Part shown: in pieces, positions 1 to 9,346 of the stretch
Position numbering within the stretch: the first letter of the stretch is position 1
How the letters are laid out: each line of letters begins with the position of its first letter
Virus record (IMG/VR): IMGVR_UViG_2974791771_000001
Location: 1 to 64,000 of that record
Source: a virus
Taxonomy: Duplodnaviria; Caudoviricetes
DNA: 64,000 bases
Strand: one strand, 5' to 3'
Position numbers and translations under genes: made by a program
Notes under the pieces: model-generated
What the model was told of the DNA's origin: nothing
The model's database searches: none
Seen by the model: the letters and a program-made list of their open reading frames with translations, nothing else

Positions 1-77
1 AGCGACCCTTTCACTCACAGCAAATCCCACGGCGCAGCAAGGCCCATTCCAGGCCCCTGAGAGGCCCGTAGACAAGG

Positions 78-114
78 GAAAACCCCCAACCAGGTGTACT
101 GGCTAGGGGCTTTC
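78..114. terminator. Hairpin, probable intrinsic terminator for the leftward genes
   Basis: GAAAACCCC..CCAG/CTGG..GGGGCTTTC inverted repeat just downstream of the ORF ending at 136. Confidence 0.55.
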
Positions 115-135
115 GGGAGAAGCGAACTGAGAGGG

Positions 136-465
136 TTATTCGCTTCCGGCTGTGGGCTCTTCGGGCTCGGTCGGCTCGGTCGGTTCCGTCGGCTCGGTCG
201 GCTCCGTGGGCTCTTCCGTCGGCTCGGGCTTCGGCTTCGGCTTGTAGTCCGGCCCGATCTGCTCGAACGGCGGGATGTCACCACTGAAAGCGCCACCACC
301 GATTCCGCCCGGACCCTGCGGGAACTCGGGAAGGCACGGTGCGAACTGGCCGTTGGCGAGCGGGACGCGGCAGGGCTTGTGCTCGTCCGCGAATGCGGCT
401 CCGGCTCCTGCCCCGGCGAGAACTCCCAAAGCGAGGACAACTCCTGCGATCTTCATGCGGAACAT
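136..465 (-). CDS. Secreted/exported protein with Glu-Pro-Thr repeat tail
   Basis: Signal-peptide-like N-terminus (MFRMKIAGVVLALGVLAGAGAGAAFA); C-terminal (EPT)n; start re-called to ATG 465. Confidence 0.75.
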   Translation of the reverse strand: MFRMKIAGVVLALGVLAGAGAGAAFADEHKPCRVPLANGQFAPCLPEFPQGPGGIGGGAFSGDIPPFEQIGPDYKPKPKPEPTEEPTEPTEPTEPTEPTEPEEPTAGSE

Positions 466-490
466 GTGTTTCTCCATTCTCGTTTTCTTG

Positions 491-757
491 TTAGAAGTTT
501 TCTCTGCGTTGCTGGCGAAGCTGAGCGATGATCTCGGCCTCACCGGGTGACATGCCCCTGGCGAGCATGGCTTCTCTGTCGGCTGATACCCCGGCTTCGG
601 CGACACCCTGTGCGAGTTTGACGATGCCGATGAATCCGGCGATGAAAATTCCTGCTAGCAGTCCCAGGATTGCTGCCCCGGATTGGGTGATGGCGGCGAG
701 CAGTCCGCAGATGGCGGTGAATGCTAGGAGGATTTTCATGTCCGGATCGTACATCAT
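491..757 (-). CDS. Small membrane protein
   Basis: Two hydrophobic segments. Confidence 0.7.
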   Translation of the reverse strand: MMYDPDMKILLAFTAICGLLAAITQSGAAILGLLAGIFIAGFIGIVKLAQGVAEAGVSADREAMLARGMSPGEAEIIAQLRQQRRENF

Positions 758-948
758 GGCAACGGGTTGGGGATACGTTCCGTCGAAGATGTTGCACAGA
801 GTGTCACGGATTTGCCTGCCTCTAGGGCTTCGAGCATGTGGTGCAGGAACATGACCAGCGGCGTTTGTCCGTGGTCGCAGTCGTCCAGTCGTTCGAGTGT
901 GTCGCGGATGTCTTGGATGTTGTCTTCGGTGGGATCGACGGTCTTCAT
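754..948 (-). CDS. Hypothetical protein
   Basis: 4-nt overlap with the neighbouring gene. Confidence 0.6.
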   Translation of the reverse strand: MKTVDPTEDNIQDIRDTLERLDDCDHGQTPLVMFLHHMLEALEAGKSVTLCATSSTERIPNPLP

Positions 949-1063
949 TGGAGCTTGTCTTTCTCGTAGCAGTCTTGGCAGATGTCCCAGAGGTTGCCGT
1001 CCGGGTCGCGGTAAAGGTCTTCAGGTGTGACGGGTTTGAAGCACCGAATGCAGATGCCTTGTA

Positions 1064-1459
1064 TCACGCCTCAGCCCATTCCTCACCCGGCTTCCGCTTC
1101 AGAACGGTGTAGCCGAAAGACCACGCCTGAGACCTTGCCGTCTCTTCGTTGGGTTGGCGGAAGATGCGACCCTTCCACGGGTAGCCGCCTTTGGCGTCGG
1201 ACCTATCGACGGTCGCCCACTCGTAGTCCTTGTTGGCGAGCCAGATGTCAACCAAGTCCTGGCTTGCGCCCACGATCTCCATCACGTCTTCCCCGTGGAA
1301 GTGCTTCTCGATAAGGACGCGTTCCTTGTCGGCCAGCATGTTGGCGTCGGTGTGGTCGTGCAGCTCGGAGAAGGACCGGCAGGCGGCGAGAGTGTCTACG
1401 CCTTCGATCTCTTCTTTGAGGGCTTTGGTGTACAGCTCGACAGCCTCAGAGCGGTTCAT
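1064..1459 (-). CDS. Hypothetical protein
   Basis: 131-aa ORF in the leftward operon. Confidence 0.7.
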   Translation of the reverse strand: MNRSEAVELYTKALKEEIEGVDTLAACRSFSELHDHTDANMLADKERVLIEKHFHGEDVMEIVGASQDLVDIWLANKDYEWATVDRSDAKGGYPWKGRIFRQPNEETARSQAWSFGYTVLKRKPGEEWAEA

Positions 1460-1614
1460 GCCTTAGTCCCCTCGTATCGATCGGCCTTCTCGCGAAGCTT
1501 CTCGGCCACAGCTTCGACCTCTTTCGCAAGCTTCTGCTCGCCAACCAGCTCAAGCGTTGTCGCGGCCACGAATAGATGATGGGCCTGTGCCCGAATGTGC
1601 TTGTTCCCGCTCAT
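1456..1614 (-). CDS. Hypothetical protein, 52 aa (MSGNKHIRAQAHH...)
   Basis: Manually translated; 4-nt overlaps on both sides. Confidence 0.65.
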   Translation of the reverse strand: MSGNKHIRAQAHHLFVAATTLELVGEQKLAKEVEAVAEKLREKADRYEGTKA

Positions 1615-2141
1615 CCGTACACCAGCTCTCCATTGAAGATGCCCGCCTGAATGATCGCGTCGAAGTCCTGAGCGTCCAGGTCTGAGTCTTCCCCATTGGT
1701 GCGGTCGAACAGAATGAACCGACTCTGGGTGTCGCCATAAGGACTGTTGGCGTAGCCGCTGTTGCTGTAGCGGGTAAGGCCGTAACTGATGCGCCGGAAA
1801 CCTTCGATGATGCGGGTCGGGGTGATGTAGTGGTGCTCGCCGGTCTCCACTTCCGCGATCTCCATCACGACGATGCGGTCATTGCCTGCGCGCACGATTG
1901 CGATCACATCGGCCCACGGGGCGCTCCCATTGATGCCTTCTTCGATGATGCTCGTCAGGAACTCCCAACGCTTATCGGGCATGAGAGGGACGAATATCAG
2001 GTCGGTGCGGCGGTGGTGCATCTTTGCCATCTTCTTCCGGCTGTCGTCGGTCGGCTCCGTGCACTTCTCTCCGGGACGCGAGTTGCAGACCGGGCAGGTG
2101 ATGTTGATGGCGAGGTCTTCGGCTGCGGCTTTGCTGCTCAT
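1611..2141 (-). CDS. Hypothetical protein with N-terminal Zn-ribbon (CPVC..C..H)
   Basis: CPVCNSRPGEKC motif. Confidence 0.7.
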   Translation of the reverse strand: MSSKAAAEDLAINITCPVCNSRPGEKCTEPTDDSRKKMAKMHHRRTDLIFVPLMPDKRWEFLTSIIEEGINGSAPWADVIAIVRAGNDRIVVMEIAEVETGEHHYITPTRIIEGFRRISYGLTRYSNSGYANSPYGDTQSRFILFDRTNGEDSDLDAQDFDAIIQAGIFNGELVYG

Positions 2142-2185
2142 GGTGAGAGTTCTCCGTTCTCTGTTGGTTGATATTCAGTTGTGGG

Positions 2186-2593
2186 CTAGACCACAGTCAC
2201 AATACTCGACAGGTCCAAGTCCGTCGGAATCAGGGGCTCGGTTTTGAACGCGTGGATCGCCCGCGCCAATGCCAGAGAAATGGCGTCCACCTCATCGACG
2301 GGATTCGGACCCGAAGGCATCGCCTCTCCCGTGGCAACCGTGTCGCCATTCCTGATGTCATATATGCCGACCAGGATCCCAAAGAAGTCTGCGCTGTCCA
2401 ACTCGTCGCTGTCGTATCGATGATCGGGAAGGATCTCCCCATCCCTGTGGGTGACGAGAACTTCGTAGTTCTTGTTCAGATTGGCTTGCAGGGCCATGCA
2501 GCCACCGCCCGTGTTGTGTATTCCGAAATGCCACGGCGTCTGATCGTTGAGGTGGGCGACGTTTCGGGCCTGGCGTCCGTAGGTGTATTCCAT
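2186..2593 (-). CDS. Hypothetical protein
   Basis: Preceded by the conserved 24-bp start-associated repeat. Confidence 0.7.
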   Translation of the reverse strand: MEYTYGRQARNVAHLNDQTPWHFGIHNTGGGCMALQANLNKNYEVLVTHRDGEILPDHRYDSDELDSADFFGILVGIYDIRNGDTVATGEAMPSGPNPVDEVDAISLALARAIHAFKTEPLIPTDLDLSSIVTVV

Positions 2594-2617
2594 TGGATTC
2601 TCCGTTCCTTGGTGATT
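2594..2617 (-). promoter_or_regulatory. Start-associated 24-bp repeat, copy 1 (minus strand AATCACCAAGGAACGGAGAATCCA)
   Basis: Identical to 2785-2808; abuts the ATG. Confidence 0.7.
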
Positions 2618-2623
2618 GGAAGT

Positions 2624-2782
2624 TCAGTCGGCCAGAAGGCCCATGTCGCGGAATGTCTCAGTGAGGGTATGTGCGGCGTGAGCCTTCACATCCTTCCGAA
2701 TCTCTGCACCCCCCTCGATTCCGTAGTTGGCGCTCCACGATTCCGTATCGATGTCGAGTGTGACTTCCACGCGAACCTTCAT
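2624..2782 (-). CDS. Hypothetical protein, 52 aa (MKVRVEVTLD...)
   Basis: Start re-called after the repeat/SD. Confidence 0.7.
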   Translation of the reverse strand: MKVRVEVTLDIDTESWSANYGIEGGAEIRKDVKAHAAHTLTETFRDMGLLAD

Positions 2783-2784
2783 GC

Positions 2785-2808
2785 TGGATTCTCCGTTCCT
2801 TGGTGATT
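2785..2808 (-). promoter_or_regulatory. Start-associated 24-bp repeat, copy 2
   Basis: Identical to 2594-2617. Confidence 0.7.
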
Positions 2809-2816
2809 CTTGAATA

Positions 2817-3920
2817 TCAGGCATTGAGGGACTGGCGAACCGAATCCCACGATTCGTCGCCGAGCCTCGCATACCGTTCCGTGATTGTCACCGAGCTATG
2901 CCCGAGCAGTCGGGAAACAACTTCGATCTTCACCCCGTCTTGCAGAAGCCACGACGCATACGTGTGTCGCAAATCGTGCGGACGCATCGGGCCGACAATT
3001 CGCTCGATCCCCTCTTCCGAAACCTTCGCCGCATTTCCCGCCGCAATGATCGCGTGGGAGAAATTGGTGGGTGCCCACGGCATCCCTGACGGCCCCGCAA
3101 GAATGACTCCGTGGCGCGGAGTGAGCGACTTCGGCTCATATGGAAATGAGGTCGCCTTCCCGTACCCGAATTCGGCCAGACGGTCACGCAGAGCCTTCTC
3201 CAACTCATCCGAGATTGGGACGAAACGTCGCGCCCGGTTTTTGACCGGGGTGAACACTTTCGCTTTCCGATCCCAGGCGAGCACGATTTCAATTCGCCTG
3301 TTCTTGAAATCGACATGATCCCAGTGAAGGGCAACCGCCTCACCCCATCGAGCGCCTGTCCCGATGAGCATTTGCCAAATGAACAGATTCATTCCGGCCA
3401 GGAGGGCGGAAACCGCATTTGCCTCATCGCGGGTGAGGTATCGGTCAGGCGTGGGATCCGGCTTCGGCTTTTTGACACCCACACACGGATTCGAGGGGAT
3501 CAGCTTCGCGTACACGGCAGCTTTCATCGCAGCCGACAGATTGTGCACATGCTTGGTGATTGTGGACGGAGAAAGGCTCTCAGCCGCCAATTCGTTGATC
3601 CACTCATCAATGGCGGTGTGATCGATTTCCGCGAGGGGTGTGGAACCGAACTTGGGGAGCACTCGATTCTTGAACCGGGCCTCGTCTTCGAGCTTCGTTT
3701 TGCGGGTGACGCGACGGGTCTCGAACCATTCGTCGTACCACTCCTGAAGGGTGACCTCAGAGAGCGCCTGTTCGTCCTTCCGGGCGACGGCTTCTTTGTG
3801 TGATGCCTTCTTCATCGCGTCGAGCTTGCGTGCGTGCATCCCCACCGATTTCACCTTGCCGTTGGCGTCCCGGTAGAGGCCCTGATACTTGCCCGATGGT
3901 TTCTTCACTGTCCATGCCAT
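2817..3920 (-). CDS. int: Tyrosine integrase
   Basis: Catalytic motifs GARWGE, HDLRHTY, LGHSSVTITERY; N-terminal arm-binding region. Confidence 0.95.
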   Translation of the reverse strand: MAWTVKKPSGKYQGLYRDANGKVKSVGMHARKLDAMKKASHKEAVARKDEQALSEVTLQEWYDEWFETRRVTRKTKLEDEARFKNRVLPKFGSTPLAEIDHTAIDEWINELAAESLSPSTITKHVHNLSAAMKAAVYAKLIPSNPCVGVKKPKPDPTPDRYLTRDEANAVSALLAGMNLFIWQMLIGTGARWGEAVALHWDHVDFKNRRIEIVLAWDRKAKVFTPVKNRARRFVPISDELEKALRDRLAEFGYGKATSFPYEPKSLTPRHGVILAGPSGMPWAPTNFSHAIIAAGNAAKVSEEGIERIVGPMRPHDLRHTYASWLLQDGVKIEVVSRLLGHSSVTITERYARLGDESWDSVRQSLNA

Positions 3921-4120
3921 GCGTGGAGCGTAGCAGACGGTTAGCAGATCACCGTGCTAACCAACATCCGCGCGGTTAGCAACGGTTGGCACCACGGACG
4001 GTTGAGAACGGTCACGAACGGTCACGTTCGGTTACGCAGATTCCGCCGGCAACGGTCCTGACCTGCATGTTGTGGGTGAGTATTGACTGGTCAGGGCGGT
4101 TCTGTTATGTCGGGCTGCGA

Positions 4121-4168
4121 ACGGTTTCAAAATCCGTACCGGTGTGGGTTCGACTCCCACCGGGGGCA
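4121..4168 (+). mobile_element. attP: attP core resembling the 3' half of an actinobacterial tRNA-Leu(CAA)
   Basis: ACGGTTTCAAAATCCGT anticodon arm, GTGGG-TTCGACT-CCCAC T arm, CGGGGGCA; no 5' half; flanked by CTGACCTG/CAGGTCAG and AACGGTCACG repeats; adjacent to int. Confidence 0.75.
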
Positions 4169-4246
4169 CAGGTCAGAGGCGGTTTCGGCGAGATGGGACG
4201 GGAGGGGTGGTTAGCAAATGGTTGACAACCCCCTGTTCTGGACAGC

Positions 4247-4277
4247 AGAAAGCCCCCTGACTCGATGCCAGGGGGCT
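4247..4277 (-). terminator. Intrinsic terminator
   Basis: AGCCCCCTG/CAGGGGGCT stem followed by TTCT on the minus strand. Confidence 0.65.
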
Positions 4278-4295
4278 CGGTCACTGCACGGACTT

Positions 4296-4445
4296 TCAGC
4301 TCCGCTCAACGACCTCCCAGCGCCGTTTTTTGAAGTTCCAGACATGCAGGATCCCGTCGCCATCGGTGCGATGAGCTGACCACCCTTCGCGCGGGTCTCT
4401 GTACTGCTTTCCGTGGACGATGCGGCACGTTCGGCACATCTCCAC
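4296..4445 (-). CDS. Small hypothetical protein (VEMCRTCRIVHGKQYRDP...)
   Basis: Manual translation; CxxC motif. Confidence 0.5.
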   Translation of the reverse strand: MEMCRTCRIVHGKQYRDPREGWSAHRTDGDGILHVWNFKKRRWEVVERS

Positions 4446-4448
4446 GGC

Positions 4449-4808
4449 TCAGCCTCCCAAAGCGGAACTCACGGGGTACGAAAGACGCCCTGAGTGGCCC
4501 GCTGCGGCGTTGTATCGACGTCGGTCGGGAGTAATGCCCAACACCTGTTCCACCTCGCCACGGAGCACGTGAGCGGCCCCTGTGGTAAACGGGGTTTCAT
4601 GCCCGCCCTGGCTGGCCCAATATGCACGCCTAACGTGCGGCCCGTCATATTCGGCGACCAAGCGCCTCCCCTTGGATGAATCAATGAATTCCACTCTCGC
4701 CAACATTGCTGCGGACCTATCTGCCCCTTGAACGGGGCGGCATTCGACATCGCAAATCCACACCCCCGTGCGGATCGCGCGCTCTATATGGACAAAAGCA
4801 AGGTTCAT
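4449..4808 (-). CDS. Hypothetical protein
   Basis: ORF track entry, start re-called to ATG 4808. Confidence 0.55.
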   Translation of the reverse strand: MNLAFVHIERAIRTGVWICDVECRPVQGADRSAAMLARVEFIDSSKGRRLVAEYDGPHVRRAYWASQGGHETPFTTGAAHVLRGEVEQVLGITPDRRRYNAAAGHSGRLSYPVSSALGG

Positions 4809-4986
4809 TTCGTATATCTCCGTTCGTTGTTCGGGCGTTACACATTGTACGCCGGACAAACAACTTCGGGCCAGAATCCAGCTCAGACGCAAAATTGAAA
4901 CGATCAAATTAATACCGTGTCCGATCGATCCTTAATGTTGGGAATGTAGTCCTATTGACAATCATTTCCATTAAGGGGTTCCCGAG

Positions 4987-5325
4987 TTGTTTGACGTTGA
5001 ATCTCTCGGACCAGCCGGGAAAGAGTTGTGGACAGGTGTCCACTCCATTCGCAAAGTGATGCCCGCATATGAGGCGTTGCTATTCAATGCCTGCCGTATC
5101 GCAGACCGGCTCGATGAACTCACTAACGCCATGAGCGTTTCGGCACTAACCGTCGAAAACGCCAAAGGCGATGAAATCGCAAACCCATTGATGACCGAAC
5201 ACCGGCAACAGCTTCTCGCATTGCGACAAGTGCTGCACGGATTGGGCGTCCAAAAGCTCGAAACCGAAACGGCAAAACGTAAGCCTCTCGCCCAACAAAT
5301 CGCGGAGGCAAAAAAGAGGGGTTGA
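4987..5325 (+). CDS. terS: Terminase small subunit
   Basis: Position; NPLMTEHRQQLLALRQVL motif typical of actinophage TerS. Confidence 0.85.
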   Translation: MFDVESLGPAGKELWTGVHSIRKVMPAYEALLFNACRIADRLDELTNAMSVSALTVENAKGDEIANPLMTEHRQQLLALRQVLHGLGVQKLETETAKRKPLAQQIAEAKKRG

Positions 5326-5331
5326 TACGCT

Positions 5332-6777
5332 TTGACTCGAATTGGAGCGCAACTTCCCCCTAAAGCCAATTACCACGTTCCCCTCTTCCACACATCCCTA
5401 GGCGAAGACGCAATCATTCTTGCGCGGCTCGCCGGATTGGACTTGGACGAGTGGCAGCAAGAAGTACTCGAATGTAGCCTCCGCTACAAAGAGAACGGGA
5501 AATTCGCCGCATCAGACATGACCCTGATCGTCCCACGCCAGAACGGTAAGGGATCGATCATCGAGGCGCGAGAACTCGCCGGACTATTCCTGCTCAAGGA
5601 AAAAGTCATCATGCATTCGGCCCACGAACACAAAACAGCCAAAGAGGGTCACCGCCGGCTAAAGCATCTCATCGAATCCACACCCGAACTCATGGAAGAG
5701 ACGAAAATCTTCCGAAACTCCGGTGCGGAAACGTCCGTCGAATTAAACGACGGCTGCCGCGTGCTATTCGTTGCACGTTCTGGCGGATCAGGCCGTGGAT
5801 ACACCGTTGACACCCTGATATTGGACGAGGCATACAACCTGCCTGAGGACGCATTGGAAGCAATGACGCCCACGCAGGCCGCTGTGCCCAATCCTCAAAT
5901 CTGGTTCATCTCGTCCACAGGAATGGACGACTCGGATGTTCTGCGCCGTAAGAGTGAGGCCGGAAAGGCCAAGCTTGACGGTATCGGATACTTCGAGTGG
6001 AAGGCCGATGACGATTGCGATCCGAATGACCGGGACCAGTGGTATCAGGCCAACCCGGCTTTGGGGATCCGCCTAGACGAAGACTATGTGGCGGGCGAAT
6101 CACGCACACTCTCGACAGTTGGTTTCGCACGCGAACGCCTTGGCCTGTGGGCCAGCATGGACATCGACGCCCTTATCCCCGCCGCGCTGTGGGACAGCCT
6201 TGAGTACAAGGACTGGCAGATCGATGACCCAGCACCCGGCTCGTCCGGACCTTTACGGGACAAGGTTTCGTTCGCTGTAGACGTTGATCCAGAAGGCTCT
6301 ACCGCTGCCATCTATGCAGCCGGTCAGGACCGGGACGGACTGTTCTCGATAGAGCGTGTCGCATTCGAGGATGGCATCCAGTGGGTGCCCGAATACCTGA
6401 AGCTGCTCGTCGAGAAGAACAAGCCACAGTCCATCGCTTTGGACGTTGGTGGCCCGTGCGGGGCTCTTGTGCCTGAGCTACAGAAGCTCGGCATCGAGTA
6501 CAACGCAATGACCGTAAATGACATCAAGTCCGCTTGTGGACAGTTCCTCGCCATCGCTTGCGATAACCGCCTGCGTCACCGACGCGCCAAAGACGATCCC
6601 GCTCTAAAGACTGCCGTGCAGATGGGCATCAAGCGGGAGATCGGGCATCAGGGCGCTTGGGCGTGGGCTCGCAAGGACTTGCAGGCGAACATTAGCCCGC
6701 TGGTTGCTGCCACCTACGCCCTTTATGCGTACACGGCTTTCAAAGAAGAGCCGAAGCGTGGCGGGAAGGTTTGGTAA
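5332..6777 (+). CDS. terL: Terminase large subunit
   Basis: Walker A PRQNGKG, Walker B LILDEA, nuclease FAVDV. Confidence 0.95.
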   Translation: MTRIGAQLPPKANYHVPLFHTSLGEDAIILARLAGLDLDEWQQEVLECSLRYKENGKFAASDMTLIVPRQNGKGSIIEARELAGLFLLKEKVIMHSAHEHKTAKEGHRRLKHLIESTPELMEETKIFRNSGAETSVELNDGCRVLFVARSGGSGRGYTVDTLILDEAYNLPEDALEAMTPTQAAVPNPQIWFISSTGMDDSDVLRRKSEAGKAKLDGIGYFEWKADDDCDPNDRDQWYQANPALGIRLDEDYVAGESRTLSTVGFARERLGLWASMDIDALIPAALWDSLEYKDWQIDDPAPGSSGPLRDKVSFAVDVDPEGSTAAIYAAGQDRDGLFSIERVAFEDGIQWVPEYLKLLVEKNKPQSIALDVGGPCGALVPELQKLGIEYNAMTVNDIKSACGQFLAIACDNRLRHRRAKDDPALKTAVQMGIKREIGHQGAWAWARKDLQANISPLVAATYALYAYTAFKEEPKRGGKVW

Positions 6778-8271
6778 ATGAGCCAGAGAATCTATTGCCA
6801 GGACTGGCGACAGCCTGAGCAGCTACAGCTCTTGGGTGAGTACGCGGACGCCCTATACGGCAAAGACGAGATCGCTAAGAAGGCAGCCGACTTGTGGAGG
6901 GACCACGAGTTTGAGCGTGCTCGGCTAGAGAAGATCGACCAGTGGTACAAGGGCGAGCAGGAACCCGCGAATGTGCGTGGCGCGACCGCAGAGCTGCAAG
7001 AGTTGCTGGCCTTGTCTCGCACCCCGTGGTTGGGGCTTGTGGTTACCACTATCGCTCAGGCCATGTATGTGGATGGCTATCGGTCGCCGGTAACTGGTGA
7101 CGATGTGCCGGGTCCGTGGCGTATCTGGAACGACAACGGGATGCACAAGCATCAGATCGCTATCCACCGGGCGGCGCTCGGCTACGGGTATGCGTACGCG
7201 CTCGCAGAGAACGGCGTCTCCCCTTTGACGAATGAGCCGACTGCGCGGATCAAGGGCATGAGCCCCAAGCGCATGTTCGCCGTTTATGACGATCCCGCCG
7301 TGGATGACTGGCCGGTGTACGCGCTGCGTGTTGACCGGGCCGATAACGAACGCAAGCTGTTCACGCTCTACGACTCCAAGTTCCAGCACTCGTTGACGCT
7401 GCACGAGGGTAAGTGGACGTTGCACTCGACTGTGCCTCATGGTGCGGCTGTGGTGCCGGTTGTGCGGTACACGAACGCTTTGGACCTTGACGGCAATGCG
7501 CCGGGTGAGGTTGAGCCTTTCATTGTGGTTGCTGCTCGCGTCGACAAGTCGAGTTTCGACCGGCTGCTGACTCAGCACTACAACTCGTGGAAGAAGTTCT
7601 ACATCTCGGGCATGACCGACATCACCTCTGAAGAAGAGGCTCGGTTGGCGAAGATGAGGATCCGCCAGGATGACGTGATTCTTGCCGAGTCTGTTGACAC
7701 GAAGTTCGGGACGATCGATGAAACCGACCTGAATGGCTTTATCAACGTCATCAACGCCGATGTCGAGCACCTTGCCGCTGTGTCGCAGCTTCCGTCGCAC
7801 CTGTTGACTGGAAAGCTCGTCAACCTGTCTTCGGATGCCCTGTCTGCTGCCCGCGCTCCCCTCACCCAGAAGGTGTATGAGCGTCAGGTGTCGTTCGGTG
7901 CATCCCATGCCCAGTTGCTTCGTTTGGCTTCCGCTATGTCGGGTGACGCCACTGGCGCTTCTGATGTTCTTGCCCGCGTGTCGTGGCAGGACATGGAAAT
8001 CCGTTCGCTGGCTCAGGCTGCTGACGCGCTCGGAAAGATGGCCGTCCAGTTGGGCATCCCGCGTATCGCTTTGTGGCGGATGCTGCCGGGTGTCACTCAG
8101 GACGACATTGACGAGTGGAAGGAACATCTGCTCGATGACGATCCGACTGCTGTCTATCTGCGAGAGCTGAACGCCACCGGAACCCAAAAGGACACCGGGG
8201 ACGATCAGACCGACTCGGAAGAGAAGGGCACTGTGGATCCTGAGAAGAATTCGGGGCCAAGTGGCGACTGA
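6778..8271 (+). CDS. Portal protein
   Basis: Size and position after terL; SPP1-like actinophage portal motifs. Confidence 0.9.
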   Translation: MSQRIYCQDWRQPEQLQLLGEYADALYGKDEIAKKAADLWRDHEFERARLEKIDQWYKGEQEPANVRGATAELQELLALSRTPWLGLVVTTIAQAMYVDGYRSPVTGDDVPGPWRIWNDNGMHKHQIAIHRAALGYGYAYALAENGVSPLTNEPTARIKGMSPKRMFAVYDDPAVDDWPVYALRVDRADNERKLFTLYDSKFQHSLTLHEGKWTLHSTVPHGAAVVPVVRYTNALDLDGNAPGEVEPFIVVAARVDKSSFDRLLTQHYNSWKKFYISGMTDITSEEEARLAKMRIRQDDVILAESVDTKFGTIDETDLNGFINVINADVEHLAAVSQLPSHLLTGKLVNLSSDALSAARAPLTQKVYERQVSFGASHAQLLRLASAMSGDATGASDVLARVSWQDMEIRSLAQAADALGKMAVQLGIPRIALWRMLPGVTQDDIDEWKEHLLDDDPTAVYLRELNATGTQKDTGDDQTDSEEKGTVDPEKNSGPSGD

Positions 8272-9289
8272 CGAAAAACGTCAGGCCGAAGACTATGACT
8301 CGATATGGGAACTGATTGCCGCCTACCTTCTTTTGAAGCATAGGCGTAGGCAAGAAGAGATTGCCGATGAGACTCGTGCGCGCGTGATCCGCTCGTATCG
8401 GAGTCTCAATTTCGGCGACCTAGACGGAACGCAGTTCGCGTGGATTGATGGGCTGTTGCCTGGTGTTCGGCGCGGCTACGAGGATTCCCAGAAGGCTACC
8501 GTCTCGTTCCTTGAGGACTATCGGGCGCTGCGTGTACAGCAACTTGGCCTGGACGAGCAGCCGAGACCGAAGATCATTACCGCCAGGCAGGCCGCTACGA
8601 CCGGGCTTGCCGTCAACCGGGTGCGTTCTATTGCACCTGAGTTCAATGAGGGGCAGACCGCTGCGCGCCTTTTGGCGACTGGCCCTGCTCGTGTGAAGAA
8701 ATCTATGCCCGCGCCGGCCGATCAGGCTATGGCGAAGGGTTTGAAGGGTGCTATGGGCTCAGCAGTCCAGGCAGCCATGCAGGGTGGCCGTGAGGTTGCC
8801 CAACAGGAATTCCGTGAAGATCGACTTGTCACGGGCTTCCAGAGAATCACGGACTCTGACCCGTGCTATTTCTGCGCTCTGTTGGCGGCGAATGGGCCTG
8901 TGTCCACTCGTGTCGTCTATCGGAGTGCGAACTCTTTCAGCGGGACGAACAGCAAGTTCGCTCCTAATGCTGCGTTTGTTGCAACCGGCGAACCGGATGG
9001 TATCGCCAAGGTGCATGACCACTGTTGCTGTGTGCTCGCCCCTGTCTATGAGGGTGAGTTCCAGATGACTGAAGCTGCCCGTGTGGGCGGCGATTTGTGG
9101 TCGCAGGTGTATAGGCCGGGTTCTGGGCAGAGTCCGACTGAAGCACTGAAGAACTATCGGCGACTCTATGAGTCGTTGCGTAGGGATTCTGGCCCTCTTG
9201 GGGATCCGGAACCCGACATTCGGTCCGCGCTTGCCTTGATTGGCGATGATGCGGCTCTACGGCCTTGGGCAAAAGTCCTGGCTGCGTGA
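8261..9289 (+). CDS. MuF-like minor capsid / capsid maturation protein
   Basis: DPCYFCALLA...HDHCCC motif; lies after the portal. Confidence 0.75.
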   Translation: MATDEKRQAEDYDSIWELIAAYLLLKHRRRQEEIADETRARVIRSYRSLNFGDLDGTQFAWIDGLLPGVRRGYEDSQKATVSFLEDYRALRVQQLGLDEQPRPKIITARQAATTGLAVNRVRSIAPEFNEGQTAARLLATGPARVKKSMPAPADQAMAKGLKGAMGSAVQAAMQGGREVAQQEFREDRLVTGFQRITDSDPCYFCALLAANGPVSTRVVYRSANSFSGTNSKFAPNAAFVATGEPDGIAKVHDHCCCVLAPVYEGEFQMTEAARVGGDLWSQVYRPGSGQSPTEALKNYRRLYESLRRDSGPLGDPEPDIRSALALIGDDAALRPWAKVLAA

Positions 9290-9346
9290 CCCGTATTTGG
9301 GTCGTTATTCAACCCTTTGCGGGTTGCGAGATTATTGGAGATTCCA

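Noticed and set aside
4100-4170. Complete tRNA-Leu gene beside the integrase
   Set aside because: The 5' acceptor strand and D arm are absent; interpreted as the attP core.
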